From positions 2,336,001 to 2,400,000 of the forward strand of contig OZ257156.1 in NCBI GenBank assembly GCA_965279375.1: a DNA stretch of 64,000 nt, written 5' to 3'. The notes beneath the pieces were generated by a model. It searched no databases. It was not told the origin of the DNA and saw only the letters and a list, made by a program, of their open reading frames with translations. Numbering within the stretch: the stretch's first letter is position 1; every line of letters begins with the position of its first letter. Positions 39,520 through 47,710 of this stretch are shown in pieces. Origin of the DNA: Gemmatimonas sp. (GTDB lineage: Bacteria; Gemmatimonadota; Gemmatimonadetes; Gemmatimonadales; Gemmatimonadaceae). The translations under genes and the position numbers were made by a program.

Positions 39520-42500
39520 TCAGCGATGCTTGCGCTTCGCGCGCGCGGCTCCGCTGGGAATGGTGCGACGCATCAACGCCGACTTGGAACGGCGAGCGGC
39601 AGCCGACGGCTCGAGCGAGCCCCGGTTGCCAGCAGAGAGCGACGCGAAGAGCGGCGCGGGTCCCTTGGCTCCGGTCACGATCAGGCTGTTGTAGCCCACG
39701 GCGAACGCACCACCCGATGCATCGGGAGCACCCGACACACTCCAGAGCAGATCCGTCGTCGGAAGCGAGACAGGCTGCCAGAGTGCGCCGTCGTAGCGCA
39801 GCAGCGTGCCGATGTCGCCCGTGACGTAGATGTCGTTGAGGCTCGGTCCCCAGATGCTGGTGAGCACACGTCTCGTACCGAGGCTGAGCTGTTGCCATGC
39901 GTTGCCATCGAAACGATAGGCGAGACCCAGGTCACCCGTGGCGTCCGCGCCGACCGCGGTAACGTCGGTGATGCCGCTCATCCAGAGACCGACAATCGTG
40001 CCGTTCGCGGGCGTGGGCAGCTGCGACCACGTCGTGCCGTTGAAGCGCAGCATCGTCCCGCCTTCACCGCCGGCGTACACCTCGCTGGCATTGACGCCGA
40101 AGATCGCTGTGAGCGCGCGCGGCGCGGTCGCCACCACGCTCCAGCTGGTACCGGCGTAGCGCACGATCTCGCCGGCATCGGTCACCGCATACACGTTGCT
40201 GTTGCTGGTGCCCCAGATCGACGTGACGTTGGCCAGCGATGGAAATGCCATCGTGCGCCAGGCGCCTCCCGTCCAGCGCAGGATTGTGCCGTTGTCGCCA
40301 CCGGCGAATGCCTCGTTGGCTGCGGGCGCCCAGACGGCGTTGAGCGCCGCGAGTGTCGGGGTTGTGTCTCGCGTCCACGCGGAGCCGTTCCACCGATAGG
40401 CGAATCCGAATTCGCCGACGGCCCACGAATTCGTACTCGATGTGGTCCACACATCCAGCAGGTCAGGAGCGATACTCAGCGTCTGGAAGGTGTTGCTCCC
40501 TGAGGCAGCGCGCATGACGACGCCGCGCTGTCCGCCGGTCCACACCGAACCGCTGGCATCCATGTGCACGGTGAAGAGATTCGGCGCGTATGGCGTCGCG
40601 GTCGTCGACACGGTGTTGCCGTCGAGTTGCAGCAATCCGTCGTCGCCAGCGATGTAGCTTCGCCCGTTGTTGGCGGTGGTCGCCTGCACGGCCCACATAT
40701 CTCCGCCACGCTCGTTGTTCGGAACGATCGACCAGTTGGTGCCGTCGAAGCGCAGGATCGTGCCGAACGAACCCACCGCGATGATGTTGCTGCTCGACGT
40801 GCCGCTGATCGCGTTGAGCGCCTCGCTTGTCGGTACGCTCACGGTGGACCACGTGTTGCCGGCAAAGCGCAATACGACGCCGGCCGTGCCCACCGCATAG
40901 CTCACGCCGTTCGATGACCAGACACCATTGAGCGTCTCGACCGTTCCCGTGGCCGTACTGGACCAGTTGCCGCCAGCGAGACGGAGCGCCGTGCCGTTCG
41001 CGCCGACCGCGAACGCACCACCCAGTGAATCGACGAACACGTTGTTGAGCACGCGCGTGGTGCCGGACGACATCGTCGTCCACTGCACGCCATCCCATTT
41101 GATGATCGCGCCGTTGGTGCCGACCGCGATCACGTTGTTGAAGGCCGTTCCGTGCACCGAGAGGAAGCGCGTCGAGTACGTGGCCCCCCGAGACGATGCC
41201 GTCCACACGGAGCCATTCCAGAGGAATACGTCGCCGGCGAGGTTGACGGCGAAGGCCGTCGACGAACCGAAGCTGACGATCGACTGGATGTCGTCGTAGA
41301 GCGGGCCATTGAGTCGCGCGGGCGTCCAGTTGGTCGCCAGCACTGGCAGCACGGACACCGTCACGGTGTCGCGTCGTGTGGGATCGGCGACGGCGGACGC
41401 GGTGATGACCGCCGAACCAAGCGCGACGGCCGTGACGACACCACTCGTGTTGATGGAAGCGACGCCCGCGTTGGAGGAACTCCACGTGACACCGGTCGCC
41501 ACACCAGGATTCGCACTCACCGTGGCCGTGAGTGCAGTGCTGCCACCCGGGTTGAGGCCGACAGTGCGCTGCGTGATGGCTACGGTGGTCGTACGCGAAT
41601 TGACCGTCAGCGTGGCCGTGGCGCGCTTGGTGGTGTCTGCGGTCGACAGCACCGTGATCGTCGCCGTGCCGACGCCCGTGGTGGTCACGAGACCGCTGTT
41701 GCTCACCGTAGCCACCGCGGCGTTGCTGGACCGCCACGTCACGGCGTTGCTGATCGTGCCATCAACGGTGACGGTGCTCGTGAACTGTTGCGTGGCGCCC
41801 CAGAACACCGACGCGGTGGTCGGTGCCACGGTGACGGTGCGAACACTCGGCAGCACCGTGACGACGGCGGTTGCGCGAACGAGTGTGTCGGCGACCGCGA
41901 CGGCGGTGATGGTTGCCGTACCATTGGCGACACCCGTGACGACGCCGGCCGCGCTCACCGTGGCCACTGCAGCAGCGCTGGTACGCCAGGTGACTGCGGT
42001 GCTGAGGCCAGCATCCATGCGCACCGTGGGCACGAGCGTGCGCTGGTCGCCGGCCACGATGCTCACCGACGTGGGGGCGAGCGTGACCGACCGCTGCGCG
42101 GTGACGGAGAAGGTCGCGGTCGCGCTGAAGCGCGCATCCCCGACGGAGGTGGCACGAATGGTCGCGTTGCCGATGCTGACACCCGTGACCACGCCGGCTG
42201 CACTCACCGTCGCCACCGCCGGATTGTCGCTCGCCCACGTCACGGTCGTCGGGAGACCCGGATCGGCGGTGACGGCAGCGGTCAACGTTTGCGTATCACC
42301 CACGCGAATCGCGGCCGCCGACGGCGTGACCACGACGCTGCGCACGCCGAGCACCTGCACCTGCACCGGCGCACTGACTCCGCCGGACGTCGCGGTGATC
42401 GTCGCTGTGCCCGGGCTCACCGCCGTGATCGTTGCCGTCGTACCACTCGGACTGACGATCGCTACCGTCGGCGCGCCGCTCGACCACGTCACTGAAGCGG

Positions 42501-42729
42501 AACTGAGCGAGCCTCCCTTGTCGTCCTTCACACTCGCCGTGATGGCGGCAGTGGGAGACGACGGCGAAAGCGAGACGGTTGCGGGCGTGACCACGATGCT
42601 CGCTGCGGCCTTGGGGCCGTCGCTGCTGCAGGCGGCGAGCGCCGAGAGCAACGACACACCCGTGAGCAGCGGCAACCATCCGAACGGCGGCCACGCGGCG
42701 CGAACGATACGACGGGAACGAGAGGACAT
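39520..42729 (-). CDS. Surface lipoprotein: 5 Big_2-like Ig repeats plus 14 beta-propeller blades
   Basis: Lipobox LAAC; five Ig repeats; propeller region (39670-41340) aligns blade for blade with the 32639-37507 protein. Confidence 0.9.
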   Translation of the reverse strand: MSSRSRRIVRAAWPPFGWLPLLTGVSLLSALAACSSDGPKAAASIVVTPATVSLSPSSPTAAITASVKDDKGGSLSSASVTWSSGAPTVAIVSPSGTTATITAVSPGTATITATSGGVSAPVQVQVLGVRSVVVTPSAAAIRVGDTQTLTAAVTADPGLPTTVTWASDNPAVATVSAAGVVTGVSIGNATIRATSVGDARFSATATFSVTAQRSVTLAPTSVSIVAGDQRTLVPTVRMDAGLSTAVTWRTSAAAVATVSAAGVVTGVANGTATITAVAVADTLVRATAVVTVLPSVRTVTVAPTTASVFWGATQQFTSTVTVDGTISNAVTWRSSNAAVATVSNSGLVTTTGVGTATITVLSTADTTKRATATLTVNSRTTTVAITQRTVGLNPGGSTALTATVSANPGVATGVTWSSSNAGVASINTSGVVTAVALGSAVITASAVADPTRRDTVTVSVLPVLATNWTPARLNGPLYDDIQSIVSFGSSTAFAVNLAGDVFLWNGSVWTASSRGATYSTRFLSVHGTAFNNVIAVGTNGAIIKWDGVQWTTMSSGTTRVLNNVFVDSLGGAFAVGANGTALRLAGGNWSSTATGTVETLNGVWSSNGVSYAVGTAGVVLRFAGNTWSTVSVPTSEALNAISGTSSSNIIAVGSFGTILRFDGTNWSIVPNNERGGDMWAVQATTANNGRSYIAGDDGLLQLDGNTVSTTATPYAPNLFTVHMDASGSVWTGGQRGVVMRAASGSNTFQTLSIAPDLLDVWTTSSTNSWAVGEFGFAYRWNGSAWTRDTTPTLAALNAVWAPAANEAFAGGDNGTILRWTGGAWRTMAFPSLANVTSIWGTSNSNVYAVTDAGEIVRYAGTSWSVVATAPRALTAIFGVNASEVYAGGEGGTMLRFNGTTWSQLPTPANGTIVGLWMSGITDVTAVGADATGDLGLAYRFDGNAWQQLSLGTRRVLTSIWGPSLNDIYVTGDIGTLLRYDGALWQPVSLPTTDLLWSVSGAPDASGGAFAVGYNSLIVTGAKGPAPLFASLSAGNRGSLEPSAAARRSKSALMRRTIPSGAARAKRKHR

Positions 42730-42734
42730 GGCGG

Positions 42735-44609
42735 TCAGCTCACAGTGCGCGGCGCAGTCATCGCCGCGGGGTTGAGGAGGTCATCCAACTGCGCTCGCGT
42801 GAGCAATCCGCGTTCCAGCACCAACTCGAACACACCGCGGCCGCCATCCAGTGCGGTGCGTGCGATATCCGTTGCCGCTTCGTATCCGATCACCGGCACG
42901 AGTGCTGTGACGATACCTATGGAGTGTTCGACGAACATGCGCATGCGATCTGCATTCGCCGTGATTCCAGTCACGCAGCGCTCACGCAACACGAGACAGG
43001 CGTTGCGCATCATGTCGATGCTGTGCAACAGACGATACACGATCACGGGTTCGAACGCATTCAACTGCAGTTGCCCCGCTTCGGCCGCCATCGTGACGGT
43101 GACATCGCCGCCGATGACATCGAAGCAGACCTGATTGACGACCTCGGGGATGACGGGATTGACCTTGCCGGGCATGATCGACGATCCGGGCTGCATGGGC
43201 GGCAGATTGATCTCCCCGAATCCACAGCGCGGACCCGAGGAGAGCAACCGCAGGTCATTGCAAATCTTCGACAACTTCGTCGACGTGCGCTTGAGGATAC
43301 CGGACAATTGCACGAATGCACCAGTGTCGCTCGTCGCTTCCACGAGATCCGGCGCGGTGATCACGGGCACAGAAGTGATCTCGGCCAATTTCGCTGCCGC
43401 GAGTGCGGCATATCCGACGGGCGCGTTGATGCCGGTGCCGATCGCGGTCGCGCCAAGGTTGATCTCGCGAATAAGCAGCTGCGCCTCGCCCAACCGATCC
43501 ACATCTTCGCGGAGCGTGTTGGCAAAGGCAGTGAACTCCTGGCCGAGCGTCATGGGGACCGCGTCCTGCATCTGGGTGCGTCCCATCTTGAGCAGCGGTG
43601 CGAACTCGGTGCCTTTCTCGCCGAATGCATTGGCAAGGCGCGCGAGTTCCAGCCGGAAGATGCCCAGACTCTGGTGCAGCGCCAGACGCACCGCCGTCGG
43701 ATAGACGTCGTTGGTGGACTGGCTGAGGTTGACGTGGCTGTTGGGCGAAACGGTCTCGTAGTCGCCGCGCGGCTTGTTGAGCAGCTCGAGCGCACGATTG
43801 GCGATGACTTCGTTGGCGTTCATGTTGGTGGACGTGCCGGCGCCGCCCTGAATCACGTCAACGAGAAAGTGTTCGTGATGACGTCCGGCGCGGATCTCGC
43901 GCGCAGCGCGCAGGATCACATCGGCGATGGTCGGCTCGAGGAGACCCAGGTCGAGGTTCGTTTGCGTGCACGCTTCCTTCACGGCGGCCAGGGCTTCGAT
44001 CAGCAGCGGATACTCGCGCAGCGGAATGCCGGTGATCGGGAAGTTCTCGAGCGCGCGCAACGTCTGTACCCCGTACAGCGCTTCGAAGGGCACCTCGCGC
44101 TCGCCCAGCAAGTCTTTTTCCGTGCGCGTGCGATGTCCGCCGAAACCCAGCGTCCGTCCGCGCCCGACGAGCGTGGCGTCGGCGTGGCGCAGGCGGTTGG
44201 AGATCGTGCGGGCGGCGCGGGCGACGAGTGCGGCATAGAGCTGTGGCGATTCGCGCACGATTTCGTCGACGTGCGCTCGCGTGAGCAGCATCGCGCGACC
44301 GGGCATGATCACGCGCGCCGTGGTGCCGTGGCGTGTGTCGTCGAGCAGCAGACCTTCGCCCACCGCGTCGCCGGCACCGAAGGTGACCAGCCGCACGCTG
44401 CGACCGTCCGAGTTCTTCTCGATGGCGACGGCGCCGCTGATGAGGATGGCGAGCTGATGACGCTCGTCGCCTTCGTTGAAGAGCGTTTCGTCGGTGACGA
44501 GGTCGTGCGGCGTGACGTGACGCGACAGCTTCCACAGATGCGAGTCGTTGAAGCCCTCGAGGAAGACAATGCCGCGAAGGGCGTCGGCGATTTCGGCCGG
44601 TGAGGTCAT
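42735..44609 (-). CDS. aspA: Aspartate ammonia-lyase with N-terminal cyclic-nucleotide-binding domain
   Basis: About 150-aa CNB-like N-terminus (LFNEGD, ISGAVAI, GDAVGEG), then YGVQTLRALENF, GGAGTSTNMNANE, GRTQMQDAVP, GSSIMPGKVNP. Confidence 0.9.
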   Translation of the reverse strand: MTSPAEIADALRGIVFLEGFNDSHLWKLSRHVTPHDLVTDETLFNEGDERHQLAILISGAVAIEKNSDGRSVRLVTFGAGDAVGEGLLLDDTRHGTTARVIMPGRAMLLTRAHVDEIVRESPQLYAALVARAARTISNRLRHADATLVGRGRTLGFGGHRTRTEKDLLGEREVPFEALYGVQTLRALENFPITGIPLREYPLLIEALAAVKEACTQTNLDLGLLEPTIADVILRAAREIRAGRHHEHFLVDVIQGGAGTSTNMNANEVIANRALELLNKPRGDYETVSPNSHVNLSQSTNDVYPTAVRLALHQSLGIFRLELARLANAFGEKGTEFAPLLKMGRTQMQDAVPMTLGQEFTAFANTLREDVDRLGEAQLLIREINLGATAIGTGINAPVGYAALAAAKLAEITSVPVITAPDLVEATSDTGAFVQLSGILKRTSTKLSKICNDLRLLSSGPRCGFGEINLPPMQPGSSIMPGKVNPVIPEVVNQVCFDVIGGDVTVTMAAEAGQLQLNAFEPVIVYRLLHSIDMMRNACLVLRERCVTGITANADRMRMFVEHSIGIVTALVPVIGYEAATDIARTALDGGRGVFELVLERGLLTRAQLDDLLNPAAMTAPRTVS

Positions 44610-44851
44610 GACGGGTATCGGAACGGCGCGTTCCGCGCCGAAGATGAACTGCGCCGAACGGGCGCAGCGATCAGAAAATCGGGGGGAGGTGCTGCAGAGG
44701 GATCGGCTCGGTCGGCGGGACCCTGTCGAGCCGGTGGTGAAATAGTGGCGTGCTGGACCGTACTCTCGCTACCAGTGGCTCCGGGTGATATGGTGTGCCT
44801 GTCGTTCAATTCGCCCGATCCGTGCAGCCGTCACGTCCTGGAGTGTGTCCC

Positions 44852-45949
44852 GTGTCCGTGTCCGTGTCCCGTCGCGACTTTCTCGAGCGCTCTGCCGCGC
44901 TTACTGCTGCAGGATTCCTGCCGCGTCTGACTACCCCCGACGCAGACGAAGGCGCCCGCGCAATGTTAGGGACTCTCTCCGCTGAGGCACCGGCGCCGGG
45001 AGTATTCCGGGCGCGTCCGATCGTGATCGCCTCCGCCAACGGCATCCGGGGCGTGAAGGTGGCCTACGACCAGATCGTGGCGGGCGGGGATCCCCTCGAC
45101 GCCGCGATCGCGGGCGTGAACATCCAGGAGCTCGATCCGAACGACCAGAGCGTGGGGTTGGGCGGACTCCCCAACGAAGAGGGCATCGTCCAGCTCGATG
45201 CCTCCTGCATGCACGGCCCCACGCGCCGCGCGGGTTCGGTCAGCTGCATCGAGGACATCGCCACGCCCAGTCTCGTGGCCAAGGCGGTGATGGACTACAC
45301 CGACCACGTGATGCTCGTAGGGCCGGGTGCCAAGAAGTTCGCGCTGGCGATGGGCTTCAAGGAACAGAACCTGCTCACGGAAAAGACCCGTCAGGATTGG
45401 ATGCGCTGGAAGGCACGGCTCAACAAGAGCGACGCATGGCTCGATCACGATGACGACATCAAGATCAAGTTCACCACCGGCACGATCAACATGAATGCGG
45501 TCACCGCCAACGGCGACATCGGGTCGGTGACCACCACCAGCGGCATGGCGTGGAAGATCCCCGGGCGCATTGGCGACAGCCCGATCATCGGCGCGGGGCA
45601 GTACTGCGACAACACCGTGGGCGCGGCCGGCAGCACGGGGCGCGGCGAGGCCAACATCAAGGTGTGCGGCGCCTTCCTCGCCGTGGAGTTCATGCGCCAG
45701 GGGCTGCAGCCGCAGCAGGCGCTGCTCAAGGTCGTCGAGCGCGTCATCGCCATGACCGAAGATCGTCTGCTTGGCCCCAACGGCCGGCCGTACTTCGATC
45801 TCGATTTCTACGCCGTCACCAAGGACGGCCGCTACGCCGGCGTGTCGTGCTACGAAGGCAGCCGGTTTGCGGTCTGCGACGAAAAAGGCGCCCGTCTGGA
45901 GACGAGCGCCTATCTCTACAAGGCGAGCGAGCGCCCGAAGCCGAGATAA
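44852..45949 (+). CDS. Tat-exported N4-(beta-N-acetylglucosaminyl)-L-asparaginase / isoaspartyl peptidase family Ntn-hydrolase
   Basis: GGAG plus GTG 44852; Tat motif SRRDFL; SVGLGGLP, LDASCM, GTIN nucleophile site, GRIGDSPIIGAG, TGRGE. Confidence 0.9.
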   Translation: MSVSVSRRDFLERSAALTAAGFLPRLTTPDADEGARAMLGTLSAEAPAPGVFRARPIVIASANGIRGVKVAYDQIVAGGDPLDAAIAGVNIQELDPNDQSVGLGGLPNEEGIVQLDASCMHGPTRRAGSVSCIEDIATPSLVAKAVMDYTDHVMLVGPGAKKFALAMGFKEQNLLTEKTRQDWMRWKARLNKSDAWLDHDDDIKIKFTTGTINMNAVTANGDIGSVTTTSGMAWKIPGRIGDSPIIGAGQYCDNTVGAAGSTGRGEANIKVCGAFLAVEFMRQGLQPQQALLKVVERVIAMTEDRLLGPNGRPYFDLDFYAVTKDGRYAGVSCYEGSRFAVCDEKGARLETSAYLYKASERPKPR

Positions 45950-45962
45950 ATCTTACGCGGCG

Positions 45963-46682
45963 CTACTTCGCGATGCCCGCAGGGAGTTCGAACAGCTTGG
46001 GATCGTTCGGCGTGAAGGTGACGCTATTGATCGTGAGTACGACGTCTCCCTGCGCGGTGCCCTGAATCTGCGTGGTCGCAATCAGCTTGCCCTCGAACGT
46101 CTTGTAGTCGCGATAGGTGGCCGTGACTACGCCGTCGGGCGCCTTGATCACCTGCGCGCGACGCAGCCCCGTCGCCACTTCGAAATAGTCGGTCCGGTCG
46201 CGGCCGCCCTTGGTGGTGATCTCGACCTTATAGCATTCGACCCCGTCGAACGGCTCCTTCGCCACCACGGCGGCCTTCGAGAAGCGTGACGGATCGAGGA
46301 ACGCGGCACCCAGCATGTTGGCCTCACCGGCGTCGACTGCTTCGGCGCCACTCACTTTGGCCATCGAGCCGTCGGGCTGCCCGCGCCAGATCGTCGTGCC
46401 GTCGCTTCCTTGCTCAACGCGCCCCATCCCGAAATCGATGATCATGCGCACCTTGCTGGGCGCCGAGCTGTAGCGATCGTACGTGCCTGAGATGTTGGCG
46501 AAGGTGATGTTGGCCGAGCCTTTCTCAGCGCGGTGCTCCACCTTGGCCCACGCGTCGCGACCGCCCACGGCCGCGGCGTACTTGTCATAGACCTGCTGGA
46601 CGGTGGGGAGCTGTGCCTCAGCGCGCGAGTGCATGGCAACGGCGAGAGCAGCGACGGCGGCAACACGACGGACCGGGAACAT
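45963..46682 (-). CDS. Exported protein, tentatively LolA-like / lipoprotein-sorting fold
   Basis: GGAG RBS; Sec signal ending AEA-Q; YAAAVGG, YFEVATGL, YRDYK and DPKLFELP pattern. Confidence 0.6.
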   Translation of the reverse strand: MFPVRRVAAVAALAVAMHSRAEAQLPTVQQVYDKYAAAVGGRDAWAKVEHRAEKGSANITFANISGTYDRYSSAPSKVRMIIDFGMGRVEQGSDGTTIWRGQPDGSMAKVSGAEAVDAGEANMLGAAFLDPSRFSKAAVVAKEPFDGVECYKVEITTKGGRDRTDYFEVATGLRRAQVIKAPDGVVTATYRDYKTFEGKLIATTQIQGTAQGDVVLTINSVTFTPNDPKLFELPAGIAK

Positions 46683-46754
46683 GACGACTCCGATGTAGGT
46701 GAGTGCCGAACGATACGTGGCCGACCACCGCGTTGTTTCTCGCTACTTTCTGCG

Positions 46755-47219
46755 ATGCCTCTCTTTCCGTTCGGTTGGGTGCACTATCTTCTCGGCGGCC
46801 TCGCCATCGGGCTGGGCGTGTCGCTGCTGTATCTGCTCACGGGACTCGTGGGCGGCATGAGTTCCGTCTACTCGTCCACCTGGTCGTGGGCGGTGAAGCG
46901 CCCGTTCTTTCAGGAGCCGGGGCTGCTCAACAGCCGTCGCTGGCGACTTGCCTACTCGGCCGGTCTGATCGTGGGGGCCGGCGTCTGGTGGCTGGGGTTC
47001 GGGCACGGCGTACGCGTCGCAGTCTCTGTGCCTGTCGCGCAGCTGTTCGTTGGCGGGATCATCACCGGCTACGGCGCGCGGTTGTCGCGCGGCTGCACGT
47101 CGGGTCACGGCATCTGCGGCATGGCGTCGCTGCGACTGCCGTCGTTGGTGGCCGTGCTCACCTTCATGGCGACGGCCATGGTGACGGCCAACGTGGTCGC
47201 ACGCATCGGGGGGCGCTGA
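46755..47219 (+). CDS. YeeE/YedE family sulfur-compound transporter, first half
   Basis: LLGGLAIG, GYGARLSRGCTSGHGICG. Confidence 0.88.
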   Translation: MPLFPFGWVHYLLGGLAIGLGVSLLYLLTGLVGGMSSVYSSTWSWAVKRPFFQEPGLLNSRRWRLAYSAGLIVGAGVWWLGFGHGVRVAVSVPVAQLFVGGIITGYGARLSRGCTSGHGICGMASLRLPSLVAVLTFMATAMVTANVVARIGGR

Positions 47220-47221
47220 CC

Positions 47222-47644
47222 ATGGCCTCGTCACCGCGGGGGACAATCGCTGCCGCACTTGGCGCAGGCGCGCTCTTTGGCTTCGGGCTCGCCCTGTCCA
47301 CGATGATTCGTCCGGAGATCGTGCTGGGGTTCCTGCGGTTCGAGGACTGGGGGTTGATGCTCGTGCTCGGGGGAGCGGTCCTGGTCACGATGGTCGCCTA
47401 TCAGCTCGTGCCGCGTCTCCTCGAGCGCCCGTTGCTGGGCGGCGTGTTCGGAAAGCATGCCTCACGGCTCGATCGTCCGACGATCATTGGCGCGGCGGTC
47501 TTCGGCATCGGCTGGGGGCTGACAGGCGTGTGTCCGGGGCCCGCGATCGCAGGCCTCGGTGCGGGGAGCTATGAACTGCTCTTTGCGGTGGCCGGTATCG
47601 CGCTGGGCGCACTGCTGCAGGGGCTGATCGCTCGGGAGCCCTGA
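47222..47644 (+). CDS. YeeE/YedE family sulfur-compound transporter, second half
   Basis: GALFGFGL, MIRPEIVLGFL, FGIGWGLTGVCPGP. Confidence 0.88.
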   Translation: MASSPRGTIAAALGAGALFGFGLALSTMIRPEIVLGFLRFEDWGLMLVLGGAVLVTMVAYQLVPRLLERPLLGGVFGKHASRLDRPTIIGAAVFGIGWGLTGVCPGPAIAGLGAGSYELLFAVAGIALGALLQGLIAREP

Positions 47645-47710
47645 GTCGCGCTCCGCGAGCGCGGCTCCGAGCGCGGGTGCGGTCATAGCGGTGGTCGCTA
47701 TCTTTCGCGG

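Noticed and set aside
41152..42775. Long plus-strand ORFs over the Ig-repeat genes
   Set aside because: Antisense mirrors of Thr/Val/Ala-rich repeats; lipoboxes and domain motifs are on the minus strand.
44845..44869. GTGTCC tandem repeat at the asparaginase start
   Set aside because: Only 3-4 copies, in frame; it merely offers alternative GTG starts.
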